Position numbers and translations under genes: made by a program. From NCBI RefSeq assembly GCF_009914755.1, contig NC_060928.1: 64,000 nucleotides of DNA. One strand, written 5' to 3'. Source of the DNA: the human T2T-CHM13v2.0 reference genome, Homo sapiens. Positions within the stretch are counted from its first letter, which is position 1. The number at the start of each line of letters is the position of its first letter. Below are positions 15,263 to 30,385 of the stretch, piece by piece. Below the pieces are notes generated by a model. That model ran no database searches. It saw only the letters and a program-made list of their open reading frames with translations, and was not told the origin of the DNA.

Positions 15263-16019
15263 TAACAACTTGAATTAAGCTTACTTTTTTCTTCCATGCT
15301 CTTGAAAAATACACTGTATTTAAAATATATAATATCAAAAAGGTTCTACTTATTAACAACTCAAGAAAATATCAAATGGCAGTGGAATATAATGTGAGAT
15401 TTAATAAATGTAAATAGTGAGAAGATATTGAAAAAATATTGATAGTCAGAAAGGGCCCTACTCAAAGAGCTAATCAGAAACAGAGCACAGATAGAATGAG
15501 AAAGAAATCACTATGTACTTTTGTGTTGAGAAGAGCAAAGAGCAGAATATGCAAATGCTGTAGGATAGAAAGGGGGAATAGCATAGATATGAATTTAGAA
15601 GATAATAAATTTGAATAACAACACAGAAAAGTTAGAGGAAGACCTAATTTCTGTACTCATCAAATAAAAAGTTATGTCTAAGGGCCATAGTGAAGCAGAT
15701 ACGGTCAATGTGGACAAGTATTTATTTTAATTTCCTAAGAAGGAAAGATGTGACAAAACAAAGACCACAGCAGAGGAGATTTCAGGAGACAGAATCCTGA
15801 TAGGATGAGAGATGTTAACAAATGGCTTAAGGAAAGCAGTGGTAAGTATATCTTGAGAATTCTCAATGTTTATTTTCAAGACTAAATGTATGCCTACAAC
15901 TAATACAATAAAGGAAGTTCTTTTTGTTTTGGGGTGTGTATGTTTGAACATGTGTAAGAAGAAGATGCTTAAAATTATGTTTCTTTATATTTCTGGTTAT
16001 GATAAGAAGCTAGTATTGT

Positions 16020-16240
16020 ACGATGATCAGGAACGTGGACCTCGGATTCAGGAAGACTTGGTTAAAATAAACAAATTTTATTTGCTATGTGATCTTGCAT
16101 AGTTAACAAAATAGTTCTGAGTTTTCCTTTCTCCTGTGAAAAACAGGAAAACAGAACATACCTTACGGGGTTGTTGTAAGATTAAATGACATAATATAAA
16201 AAAAAGCCTTTGGCACAGGCCAGAAACATACTTATTAATT
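16020..16240 (+). mobile_element. MIR
   Basis: Core 'tctgagttttcctttctcctgtgaaaa...gttgttgtaagattaaatgacataat'. Confidence 0.7.
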
Positions 16241-17506
16241 TTTCCTAGAATAAGCATCATAAACTCTGTTGAAGAATAGAGACCAATAGAATGACAAATT
16301 ATATTGTGAAAATAAAAATCAAATTAGATGTGTATATGTGAGTGTCTCAAACTTTCCTTTGTCTATTTTAATTGCCTGGTGGTAAAAGCAGCTGATTCTA
16401 GTTCTGTTCGGAACCGCTGTTCCTGGTCTTTAGCTGGTTTCCTATTATTCTGCCCAGCCATTATTTATTAAGTATATTATGTTAGGTACTACTGAAGCAG
16501 CAATCGAGTTACTATTTGAGAGGAAAAAAAGCAAACTTAGAAATAGTTAAGAATTGTCCTATTAAATACAGTTACTACCATTGCAATTATTTTAATTTTG
16601 ACAAGATTTTTTGAAGGCTAGAGACTAAAAATTTCCATGTCATTCCTGAGTGGTAGAACCACATTCACATCTCATCATATTGAATCCTCTTTTTCTCTCT
16701 GTCTTCCTTACTCCATCCATCTCGGTTCCACTGTTTTCAGCAGAGGCAGATCTCTATGCACTACATTACTCCGGCTCCCTTACCCCATGGCTTCCGCTTG
16801 AGTTGAACAGATCAGCGGTCGGAAGGAGAGGGACATTAGAATATTCTTCCACCTGTCTGGACACAATTTGAGGCTGGCTACTCTTTTTAGGGTCACTATA
16901 CCCACAACTAGAGCTGTGGGAGTGGCTATGACTCTTTTTCCTTAAACCTACCCACATCTATCCTTGCAAATGGCCTCACATTAAACTCCATTACCTCTTT
17001 GACTTTGCATTCTATTTTTGGAGGGTGTAAGGAGGTGGGGCTCAGAGTGCTTCTAAGTGTTTCTTTTAAGAGGCATTTCTATTGGGATAGAATTCTAGAG
17101 GTGAATTTTTAGTTATTCGAGGTACCTGGAGAAATGCTGTAGGAGGAGTAGAAAACACAGCGTTAGTTTCTTTTGTTGTTGTTTGGGATTAAAATACTAT
17201 TTTACTAGTTTACTATTGACTGTTGAGGGATGTTAAGGGAGTGGGAAGGGCTGAGGGTTAATTTCATATTGAGATTAATATATTATCTTTTATCATTTAA
17301 TAATACCTACCCTCAAATTCACATCTTCTAATTTGAGCTCTTAACCAGATTATCATCTTAAATTATTCATGCTTATCCTAAAAATGAATAATATTTTGCC
17401 TGAGGCCGTACAATTATCTGTGGTATCTTCTTGTATTCCACTTTTTTCACATTTTCAAAACACTGAAATTCATGGTAGAAAGTTCTATTGGTAAAATGCC
17501 AAAACC

Positions 17507-17812
17507 GGCCCAGCGCAGTGTCTCATGTCTGTAATCTCAGCAGTTTGGGAGGCCAAGGTGGGCTGATCACTTGAGATCAGGAGTTCGAGACCAGCCTGAC
17601 CAACATGGTGAAACCCCATCTCTACTGAAAATACAAAAATTAGCCGGGTGGGTGGTGCATGCCTGTAACCCCAGCTACTCAGGAGGCCGAGGCGGGAGAA
17701 TTGTTTGAACCCAGGAGGTGGAGGTTGCAGTAAGCCAAAATTGTGCCACTGCCCTCCAGCCTAGGCTACAGAGTGAGACTCCGTATCGAAAAAAAAAAAA
17801 AAAAAAAAAAAG
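17507..17812 (+). mobile_element. Alu (AluS-type)
   Basis: Full dimer with 'gagttcgagaccagcctgaccaacatgg' and a poly(A) tail. Confidence 0.95.
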
Positions 17813-20350
17813 GCGGAACCCAATTCTTGTGACTTAGTCTTGACATTAAAGAGAAAATAGGGTTATTAGTGGTAGATGAAACCATTTAAACGGCTGACCA
17901 TAATAACTAGATAAATAAGAAATCAATATGCTTTTTAAAACAAAAATCTGAATACTTCTAGTCTTTTCTTCAACATAGTATTTTTTTTTCTTTTGCTTTT
18001 ATATTTCTTTTCCTTTTTTAATGCTAGAAAATGGACATGGAGCTGATGATTTGGATGGCTGTTTTGTATTGTTTTTCTCATAGTTGTAAGCAACAATTTA
18101 ATATTTGTTTAGGCAAAAAGTGGCATATTCAGCCAAAATTATTTAAACTTGTATATATTTTAAAATAGTCCATCATTGCTGATTGATACTCTTGAACACC
18201 ATTGACTAATCAGGAAAATTTAGTTTTAGCTCTGGACTCCCAGTGAATGTTTTGATGTAGGCAGTACACAAACTCAGAATTGTTCAAATTATGGATATCA
18301 TATTATTGTGCATTCATAATATGGGGCATAATTTTTGATATCTTCCATTTACACTTAACATCAAGATGTTTGCCTAAATAGAAAAGTGACATTTTTTAAC
18401 AAAGTAATGTTTATTTCACATTCAAAGTGCACTAAATAATTTATTTGAGCACACACATTTGGATTATCTACAGCTCGATTATATTGTTTTCTTATACTAA
18501 AATATTTATTCTAATTTTCTTATTTGATTCTTTTGTGACTCACAGTTTTATTTGTATTATGTTACTATTTTGGCTCTAAAACGCCTATTTCTTTCTTTGT
18601 GGAGCAACACAGCACAAATGTTGTAGTTTCAAAACCGTTCTACATGGTTTTCTTCTTCTGTTCATGCAAGACCAAACATTTCTGAGAGTTCTCAAACAGG
18701 TTGGATTTTACTTAAAAGCAATATTTTCTGTGATAAAACTAAGCAAATATTAAAGACGTAAATAAAAATTCACTAAGGGAAAATTAAACTCAGGTTATGA
18801 AAAAAAAACAGAAATCACTGCCAATTCACAAATACACAATATAGAAAGCAATGCAATTACTTATTTGCCTGACTCTTCTTTAAGATCTTCTTGTCTCAAA
18901 AAAAAACCCAGAAATATATGTAGATTTCAAAGATAAATGACAATGAGGAAAAAGGATGATAAGATTTCGTTTCATTGTAATTAAAAGAAGTGAAAGAAGA
19001 TGTAAATGGTTAAAATGCGTGTATTTTAGGAAGAATTCATTTTCCATTATTTTGATATTGGTTAATGATTTTAAAATTTTCTTGAGAAGTGATCCTAACA
19101 TATAGGTAAAAACAAGAATTTTTAAAAAGGCCCTGCAAATTTGAAAAAGGAAAATAACATTCAGATGTATTGTTATTACTTTTTCTCTCTTCCTAAAGTC
19201 TTGTGTGAACACTTTTTAATGTAATATAACTTTAATCAAGGTCTAATTCCTAATGTGGTTACCTATGTTAATTTAATGAGATATTTCTTCTCTTACATGT
19301 AATTTTGAAGATAACTTTATGCTTACCCCGTTGCTTTGAACTATTGTTTCCTTAAGTGAAGAATACTGAAATTAGTCCATATAAATTATAGCTATTGCTG
19401 GAGAAAGAAATATGTTCTGTGTGGTCCTCTCTCCAAAAACTGTACTTATCCTGTTATACACCCTTTCAGTATGATAAACCGTAGCCATGACTATTCTTTT
19501 TAAGAATACAATTATATTCTAAATCCATGATATCTTTCTTCAGCTCAAATAAACACAATAATTGTAGACAGAAAAAAAATCTTCCTTAGAGCAAAAGCAA
19601 AAAATAATATATTCACTTGCTATTGACCCCGAAATATTTAAATAAAAATTCAAATAAAAATGTTAATGAATATACAAATACACATGCATATTTATTCACT
19701 TGCATTTCTGAATTATAATACAATAATTTAAAATATTCAGTCTCTAAAAGTTATCAATGGCAAAATCTCGGTCATTAAGCAAGTGCCTGTAACTGAAAGG
19801 AAACTAAAAATTTCATAAAGTGATTGAGTTATTGGATCGGGACAGTACCATAAATACCTACAAATTTGCTGTGATATTTTTATATTTCTCAAATACTTGT
19901 TTTTTTTTCTAATATATTTTGTCGTAGTTTGTGAGGCTTCTACCCCCATCCTTTGGGAAAAGAAAAGATTAATATGTAAGCCAGAAAAATAAAACAAATT
20001 TATGACATTTTAAAAATCTTGTTATTTTGTGGCATATAAGGTCAATCTGCCCACCAGGAGGTCTTCTTTGCCAACTAAATATTCTGATTTGCAAGGCTGT
20101 CCCAGGCCGCGGGTAGCCCCATCTACTCTGAAGAATATGGGGCAGGAGTCACAAATCACTGCCTACTAGAGGAGCCGCACAAAGGTTTATTTCAGCAGAA
20201 TCCTTTGCAGCATTTAATGCAGACCTCTAGGAGTTATGTTCTCCCCTTATAAAAGCCCAGGTTCCAGAAGGTAAGATCCATATGGGTGACTGTGGAGTTC
20301 ACAATGGCTCAGAAGCCACGTACCATGCATCAGCCAATGTTCTCTTGTAA

Positions 20351-21500
<1,150 letters not shown>

Positions 21501-21964
21501 AACAAGAGACAAGCCTGTCTTTCAGTGTCCCACAAGAAACAAAGCAGTTACAAGAGTGACTGTCCTCAGAGAAACCCAAAACCACTGCTTCCAATCAAGT
21601 ACTAATAATTCATTATTTATTTATCCTCATACAGATGTGCTACACCAATCAGGGATTGCTTGATTTACAAATAACTTCCTTAGAAGCAGTAGATATTCTT
21701 ACCCTTATTAGGTTTTCAGGAGAACAGAGCTAGAAATATTCAAGACTGGAAGATACACAGCAAAGCAAAGGGTATGTTTTCCCTTTCAAACAAATGTCTT
21801 CGCAGAGTTTGCTCTTAATGGACTTTTTTGGTTGTTACTGCTAAAGAGACTCAAGACAAAAATTCACTTGAAGTTCGAACATTTTATATAGAATATGTCA
21901 CAATTTCACTCTTAGCTTATCTAAAAACAATGGGCTGCACTCACCAAATGAATTAATTTAAAAA

Positions 21965-24005
21965 TGTGTTATATTTTAGAAGTTTTGTGGGTACATAGTA
22001 GGTGTGTATATTTATAGGGTATATGAGATATTTTGATACCGGCATGCAATATGAAATAAGCATATCCCGGGAAACGTGGTATTCATTGCCTGAAGCATTT
22101 ATCCTTTGAGTCACAAACTCAAATCCAATTACATTGTTTAAGTTATTTAAAAACATACAGTTAAGTTATTATTGACTATAGTCATCCTATTATGCTATCA
22201 AATAATAAGTCTTATTCATTCTTGCTACTTTTTATCAATTAACCATCCCCACCTCCCTCCCAACTGCCCACTACCCTTCCCAGTCTCTGGTAATCATCCT
22301 TCTTCTTTCTGTGACAATGAGTTTAATTGTTTTGATTTTTAGATCCCACAAATAAGTGGGAACACGCAATGTTTGTCTTTCTGTTCCTGGCTTATTTCAC
22401 TTAACATAATGATTCTCCTGTTCCATCCATGTTGTTGCAAATGACTGGATCTCATTATTTTTTATGGCTGAATAGTATTCCATCATGTATAAATACCACA
22501 TTTGCTTTATCCATTCATCTGTTGATGGATGCTTGGGTTGCTTCCGAACCTTAGCTACAGTAAACATTGCTGCAACAAACATAGGAGTGTAGGTATCTCT
22601 TTGACACATTGAATTCCTTTCTTTTTGGTATAAATGCAGCAGTGGGATTGCTGCATTATAGAGTAGCTCAATTTTTAGTTTTGGAGGGATCTCCAAACTG
22701 TTTTCAATAGCAGTTGTACTAACTTACATTTCCACCAACAGTGTACAAGTGTTCCCTTTTCTCCATATTCTTGCCAGCATTTGTTATTGCCTATCTTTTG
22801 GATTTTAAATGTGGTGAGGTGATACGTTCTTATAGTTTTGATTTGCCTTTCTCTGATGATAAATGATGTTGAGCATCTTTTCATATGCCTGTTTGCCATT
22901 TGTATGTCTTCTTTTGAGGAATGGCTATTTAAATATTTTCCCCATTTTTTAATCAGATTGTTATATTTTTTCCTATAAAGTTGTTTGAGCTCCTTATATA
23001 TTCTGGTGTAAATCCCTTGTCAGATGGGTAGTTTACAAATATTTTCTCCCATTCTACGGGTCGTCTCTTTACTTTGTTGATTGTATCTATTGCTCTGCAG
23101 AAGCTTTTTAACTTGATGTAATCCATTTGTCTGTATTTGCTTCACTTGCCTGTGCTTGTGGGGTATTACTCAAGAAATCTTTGTCCAGACCAGCATTCTG
23201 GAGATTTTCTCCAATGTTTTCTTGTAGTAGTTTTATAGATTGACATACTAGATTTAAGTCTTTAATCCATTTTGATTTGCTTTTTGGTGAGAGACAGGGG
23301 TCTACTTTCATTAATTGGCATGTAGACATCCACCTCTCCCAGCACCATTTATTGAAGAGATTGTCTTTTCCCTCACTGCATGTTGTTGGCATCTTTTGTC
23401 ATAAATGAGTTTACTGTATGTCTGTGGATTTGTTTCTAGATTCTCTATTCTGTGCTATTGGTCTATGTGTCTATTTTTGTGCCAATACCATACTGTTTGG
23501 GTTACTATAGCTCTGTAGTGTAATTTGAAGTCAGGTAATGTGATTCCTCCAGTTTTGTTCTTTTTGCTTAGGGTAGCTTTGCCTCTTCTGGGTCTTTTGA
23601 AGTTCTATGTAAATTTTAGGATTGTTTTTTCTATTTCTGTGAAGAATGTCTTTTGCATTTTGATAGGGATTGCATTGAATCTGCAGATTGCTTTGGGGAT
23701 TATGAACATTTTAACAATATTGATTCTTCCAATTTTGAACATAGAATATTTTTCCATTTTTTTGGTGTCCTCTTAAATTTCCTTCATCAGTGTTTTATAG
23801 TTTTCATTATAGAGATCTTTCCCTTCTTTGGGTAACTCCTAGGTATTTCATTTTATGTGTGGCTATTTTAAATGTAATTACTTCTTAATTTCTTTTTCAC
23901 TTTGTTCATTGTTGGAATATAAAAATGCTACTGATTTTTGTATGTAGATTCAGTATCCTGCAACTTTACTGAATTTGTTTATCAATTCTAATAGTTTTCT
24001 TGTGG
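21965..24005 (-). mobile_element. L1MA-type 3' portion (ORF2 C-terminus and 3'UTR)
   Basis: Minus-strand ORF2 remnants ([31 protein letters not shown]); L1MA-type 3'UTR. Confidence 0.88.
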
Positions 24006-26225
24006 AGTTTCCCCCATACTGTTCTCATGGTAGTGAATAAGACTCATGAGATCTGACAGTTTTATAAATGGGGGTTTCTCTGCACAACTGTCCTGCCTGC
24101 CACCATGTAAGAGGTGACTTTGATCCTCATGCATCTTCTGCCATGATTGTGAGACCTCCTCAACCATGTGGAACCGTGAGTCCATTAACCTCTTTCCTTT
24201 ATTAATTATCCACTCTTAGGCATGTTTTTACTAGCAGTGTGAGAACAGACTAATACAGTAAATCGGTACTGGTAGAGTGAGGTGCTGCTGTAAAGGTGCC
24301 AGAAAATGTGGATGTGACTTTGGAAGTGGCTAACAGACAGAGGTTGGAACCGTTTGGAGGGCTCAGAAGAGGACAGGAAAATGTGGAAAAGTTTGGAACT
24401 TCCTAGAGACTTGTTGAATGGCTTTAACCAAAATGCTGTAGTGATATGGACAATGAAGTCCAGGTTTAGGTGTTTTCAGATGGAGATAAGGAACTTGTTG
24501 GAAACTGAAAAAAATTGACACTTTCTATGTTTTAACAAAGGAAAGGGACTGGCTGGATTTTGCCCCTGCCCTAGAGATTTGTGGAACTTTGAACTTGAGA
24601 GGGATGATTTAGGGCATCTGGGAGAAGAAATCTGTAAGCACCAAAGTGTTCAAGAGGTGATTTGGGTGCTGTTAATAGCATTCAGTTTTATCTATTCACA
24701 AAGTTATTGTTTGGAATTGGAATTTATATTTAAAAGGGAAGCAGACCATAAAAGTTCAGAAAATTTGAAGCCTGATGATATGATAGAAATGAAACACCCA
24801 TTTTCTGAGGAGAAATTTAAGCCAGCTGCAGAAATTTGCATTAGTAATGAGAAGCCAAATGTTAATCACCAAGACAATAGAGAAAATGTCTCCAGGGCAT
24901 GTCAGAGGTCTTCACAGCAGCCTCTCCCATCACAGGCCTAGAGACCTAGGAGGAACAAGTGATTCTGTGGGTCGGAACCATGGTTGCTGCTTTGTGCTGT
25001 CTTAGGACTTAGTGTACTGCATCCCAGTCATGTCTAAAAGGGGCCAATATATAGCTCAGGCTGTTGCTTCAGAGGGTGCAAGCTCCAAGCTTTAGTGGCT
25101 TACATGTGGTGTTGGGCCTGTCAGTGAACAGGGGTCAAGAATTGAGGTTTGGGAACCTCTACCTAGATTTCAGAGGATGTTTGGAAATGCCTGGATATCC
25201 AGGCAGAGGTGTGCTGCAGGGGCAGAGCCCTCATGGAGAACCTCTGCTAGGGTAGTGTGGAAGGAAAACATGGGATGGGAGCACCCACACAGTGTCCCTA
25301 CTGGGGCACTTCCTAGCGGAGCTGTGAGAAAGAGGGCCACTGTCCTCCAGACCCCAGAATGGTAGATCCATTGACAGTTTGCACTGTGCACCTGAAAAAA
25401 CCACAGACACTCAATGCCAGCCATGAAAGCATCTGGGAGGGGGGCTCTACCCCACAAAGCCATAGGATTGGAGATGTTCAAGGCCATGGGGACCCACCTC
25501 CTTCATCAGCATGACCTGGATGTGAGACATGGAGTTCAAGGAGATCATTTTGAAACATTAATATTTGGCTGCCTGGTTGGATTTTAAACTTGCATGGGGC
25601 CTGTAGTCCCTTTGTTTTGGCCAATTTCTCCTATTTGGAATGGGTGTATTTACCCAATGCCTGTACTCCCATTGTCTCAAGAAAGTAACTAACTTGCTTT
25701 TGATTTTACACACTCATAGGCAGAAGGGACTTGCCTTGTCTCAGATGAGAATTTGGACTGTAGACTTTCGAGTTAATGCTGAAATGAGTTAAAACTTTGG
25801 GGGAGTGTTGGAAAGGCATGATTGGTTTTGAAATGTAAGGACATGAGATTTGGGAGGGGTCAGGGGTGGAATGATATGATTTGGCTGTGTCCCTACCCAA
25901 ATATCACCTTGAGTTGTAATAATCCCCATGTGTCAAGGGCGGGGCCAGGTGGAGATAATTGAATCATGGGGTGGTTTTCCCCATACTGTCCTCATGGTAG
26001 TGAATAAGTTTCCTGAGATCTGATGGTTTTATAAATGGAAGTTCCCCTGCACATGCTGTCTTGACTGCCACCATGTAAGAGGTGACTTTGCTTCTCACTC
26101 ACTTCCCACCATGATGTGAGGCCTCCTCAGCCATATGGAACTGTGAATCCATTAAATCTTTTTCCTTTATAAATTAACCAGTCTCAAGTATATCTTTATT
26201 AGCAGCATGAGAACAGACTAATACA
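24006..26225 (+). mobile_element. THE1 (MaLR) element: truncated 5' LTR 24006-24257, internal region 24258-25871, complete 3' LTR 25872-26225
   Basis: The 3' LTR starts TGATATGATTTGGCTGTGTCCC; both LTRs end 'gaacagactaataca'; THE1-int remnant WNFELERDDLGHL. Confidence 0.93.
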
Positions 26226-28760
26226 GAGAGTTTAGTCCATTTTCATTCAATGTTATTATTGATAAGTAAGAACTTACTCTTGTCATTTTGCTATTTGTTT
26301 TCTGGTTGTTTTGTGATTTTTATTCATTATTTCTTTCATTTATGTCTTCCTCTAGTGAAGGTAATTTTCTCTGTTGATGTGCTTTAGTTTCTTGCTTCTT
26401 ATTTTTTGTGTATCCATTGTAAATTATGTGGTTTGAGGTTATCACGAGGCTTGCAAATATTATCTTATAACCCATTATTTTACCTGATCATAATTTAGCA
26501 TTATTTGCACAAACAAACAAGAAAAGAGAAAACTAATGAAAACTTGCCTAACTTCATCCTCTCACTTTTTAACTTTTTGTTTTTTTTCTATGTATATCTT
26601 ATTGTACTATGTCTTGAAAAGTTGTTGCAGTTATTGTTTTCCATGGGCTTATTTTTTAGTCTTTGTACTTAGGATAAGAGTAGTCTATACACCACAGTTA
26701 CAGTGTGATCATATTCTGTGTTTTTCTGTATACTTACTATTACCAGTAAGTTTTGTACCTTCAGGTGATTATTGCTCATTAACGTTCTTTTCTTTCTGTT
26801 TGAAGTACTCCCTTTAGCATTTCTTGTAGGATGGGTATGGTCTTGGTGAAATCCCTCAGGTTTTGCTTGTCTAGAAAAGTCTTTAATTATTCTTTATGTT
26901 TAAAGAATATTTTCGCCAGATATACTATTCTAGGGAAAAATGTTTTTTTCTTCAGAACTTTAAATATGTTATGCCACTCTTTTCTGACCTGTAAGGTTTC
27001 CACTGAAAAGTCTGATGCCAAATGTATTTAAGCTTCAATGTATGTTATTCGTTTATCTCTTATTGCTTTTAGAATTATTTCTTTATCTTGACATTTTGGA
27101 GTTAATTATTTTATTAGTCTGGGTTCTCCAGAGGGACAGAACTAATAGGATATACGTATATGTGAAAGGGAGTTTTTTAGGAAGTATTGGCTCACACAAT
27201 GATAAGGCAAAGTCCAATGATATGCCGTTAGCAAGCTGGGGAAGAGAGAAGCCAGTAGTGGCTCAGTCCAAGTCCAAAAGCCTCAAAAGCAGGGAAGCCA
27301 ACAGTGCAACCTTTAGTCTGTGACTGAAGAACTGGGAGACCCTACACCACTGGCGTAAGTCCAAGAGTCCAAGTGCAGAAGCACCTGGAGTCTGATGTCC
27401 AAGGACAGGAGGAATAGAAGAAAGCATCCAGCATAGGAGAAAGATGAGAGCCAGAAGACTCAGAAAGCCAGTATATCCCACCTTCTTCTGCCTGCTGTTT
27501 ATTAGCCATGCTGGCAGCTTATTGCATGGTGTCCACCCATAATGAAGATGGTCTTGCTCTCCCAGTCCACTGACTCAAATGTCAATCTCCTCTGGCAACA
27601 CCCTCACAGACAAACCCAGAAATAATACTTTACCAGCTATCCAGGCATCCTTAAATCCCATGATATTGGCACCTAATATTAACCATCACAATTATTAAGT
27701 GCTTTGAGGTAGTCTTGTTTGGTTTAAATCTTCTTGGTGTTCTGTAGGATTCTTGTACTTAGATATTTACATCTTCTTATAGGTTTGGGAAGTTCTCTGA
27801 TATCATCCCTTTGAATAAACTTTATACTCCTATCTCTTTCTCCACCTCCTCTTTGAGGCACAGACACTGCTTTACTTGCATAAAAGAGAAGTTTCCAGAC
27901 ACAGTTATGTGCATCTGTGTCTTGGTTCTTGGAGTTAAAGTGGGCCATGCTGTCAGCCACTCTGTGAAGCTCGGAGGAGGCCTGAGGTCTGTCAGGGCAT
28001 CCCTTGGGTCCAGGATGGTCCTAGCCTGGCCAGGTCCCTTAGTGGAACTGATCTGTGACTTGTTGATTTCCCCTGAGAAAATAAGGCTTTGATGCAGTTC
28101 CAGCAAGAGTGGTCTACTGGCCTCCCTCTGAGGCCAGTAGATTTGCCCCTTTGAGGCTATTTTTAAGATCCTGTAGGCATGCTTCATTATTTTTTTTTCT
28201 TTTGTCTCCTCAGACTGTGTATTTTCAAATAGCTTGCATTCAAGCTCACTAATTCTCTCTTCCACTTGACCAATTCTGCTATTAAAGGACTCTAATGCAT
28301 TCCTTAGTATGTTAACTGTACTTTTCAATTCATGAATTTCTACTTGATTTTTAAACATTATTTCAATCTCTTTGTCAAATTTATCTGATAGAATTCTGAA
28401 TTCCTTTCTGTGCTATCTTGAATTTCTTTGAGTTTCCTTAACACGGCTATTTCGAATTCTTTGTCTGAAAGGTCACATATCTCTAGGATTGGACCCTGGT
28501 GCCTTATTTAGATCATTAACAAAGGTCATGTTTTTCTGGATAGTGTTGATGCTAGTAGATGTTCTTTGGTGCCTGGGCATTTAAGGTATTAGATATTTAT
28601 TATAGTCTTTACTGTCTGTGCTTATTTGTAGCCATACTTGGAAAGGATTTCTAGTTATTTGAAAGGGCTTGGGTGTTGTGATTTGAGCTGTTTCTGCTTT
28701 ATGAAGCACCCCAAGCCCAGTAATGTGTGGTTCTTGCAGACTCATAGAGATACCTACTGA
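26226..28760 (-). mobile_element. L1MA-type 5' portion (start of ORF2, inter-ORF region and ORF1), interrupted by MLT2 and an unexplained insert
   Basis: Minus-strand ORF1 coiled-coil remnant NQVEIHELKSTVNILRNALESFNSRIGQVEERISELE (28358 downward). Confidence 0.8.
27110..27690 (-). mobile_element. MLT2 (HERV-L) solo LTR
   Basis: 'tattagtctgggttctccagagggacagaactaatagga' ... 'attaaccatcaca'; 5-bp TSD ATTAT (27105-27109, 27691-27695). Confidence 0.9.
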
Positions 28761-29033
28761 AAGGGCAATATTTAAATAAATGGAAAGTGATTTGCTTTGG
28801 GGTGGGTACAAGGATGATTTCTAGTTTTGTCCTGTACTCCATGAGGATATGCTGTGAATTTACATTATCAGGGTCGGGGGAGGCCAACTGGGGAAATATG
28901 TGGCCCCCTATCTTGAATCTATCTGTTTAGGAACAAAAGAAAAGGCAGTTTTTTGTGTGGCTCAGTTTCCAAGCTTAACTTTCCCCTTTGGCATAGTAAT
29001 GTTGGGTTCCCAAGATCTTATTTTTCTTTCACA
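28760..29033 (-). mobile_element. MER4-group ERV1 LTR, partial
   Basis: Minus strand begins TGTGAAAGAAAAATAAGATCTTGGGAACCCAAC...GCCAAAGGGGAAAGTTAAGCTTGGAAACTGAG. Confidence 0.75.
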
Positions 29034-29951
29034 TAATCAAGTTGTTAAGAAAAAAAAGATAAAATTACAGATACCTAGGAAAGAAGGAGTAGTAAAAGGA
29101 GGGTGAGGTTTTATTTTAAAATAAATAAAATAAAATATGTTTACAATGTAAAGTATATTTATGCCAAACTATTATCACTAATAGAAGGCACAATTACCGA
29201 ATTTCACAAATAATGTATTGATATCATGAAATGTAGCTATGTAGAAATTGAATAATATCAGTAATAAGCTTAATATCAGTAGACATCAAAACATTAAATT
29301 GAATGATAAAAGGACTTATTTTCTAAAAACCATTTAATTATAACCTACTTAGAATAGTCTCTTGTAAGGCTTCTGTAACTTCATTAAACTTTATTTTTAC
29401 CAACTTCATTTATAGCCTCACCTACAAGAGGTGATATACCTGGATCAGTCCTAATGAGGACTCTGATAGATTTTTCTAACAGAAGCTATTCTGGTAGATT
29501 TTTTTAATGTAAAAATTGTTTCTGAATGTTTTAAATTTGTTGTAAATGACATTAATATAAATTAAAATTTCATATAAAAATGTACAAAAAATAAATATGC
29601 ATTTTCTTGTGTTTGCAAAAACTTAATTCCATAAGGCATTATTGATGTTTGGTTATGTGACATTCAGTAGTTAAACCCTAGGAATGAAAGCTTATATGTC
29701 AAAATTCAGGGTGTTGATAGGTTTTCAAGAATCCCATTGGTGGAGAAATTATATAATTTTTCAGTGACTTCATGTTTATTAATCTAAAAACTCAGACCTT
29801 AGTATGCTATACAAACCTGATTTTGATGAAAGCAAGACAATGGAAGATAAATTTTGAAATGAAAGGAAAGATAGCATTGCTATATTATCTTTATTCTATA
29901 TTATTTATTTCTATAATAAGTTTTATTTGGAGGAAATACAGTGAAAATCAG

Positions 29952-30385
29952 TTTGCTAGAGTGGCAAATCTGTACGAGTCTGCAGCAACCCCAATTCTTG
30001 CCTCCTCAAAAGAAAGAATTCAACTCATGAGGCATACGGAAGGAAAGACTGAGGCAAGTTTTAGGGCAGGAGCGAAAGTTTATTAGAAATCTCTAGATCA
30101 GGAAAGAAAGAAAGAACCCTTGGAGGAAGGCCAAGCAAGAGACTTGAGGGATCTAGTGTGTGGGACTTGATCTTTGACTTAGGGTTTTATATGCTGTCAT
30201 GCTTCTGGGGTCTTGTGTCCCTTCTCCCGTGATTCTTCCCTTGAGATGGACTGTCCACATGTGCAGCGGCCTGCTAGCACTTGAGAGTATGAGGAGTGTG
30301 TTTACTGAAGTTGCACACATGCTCACTTGAGGCATTCTTCCCTTACCAGCCAAATGTCCCCAGGAGGTCATATACCAGATAAGCC
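29952..30385 (-). mobile_element. ERV1 (MER4-group) LTR fragment
   Basis: 'gtctgcagcaaccccaattcttgcctcctc...gactgaggcaagttttagggcaggagcgaaagtttatt'. Confidence 0.7.

Noticed and set aside
20030-20348. LTR-like GC-richer segment with TATAAAA at ~20248
   Set aside because: Could not define termini, TSD or family from sequence alone.
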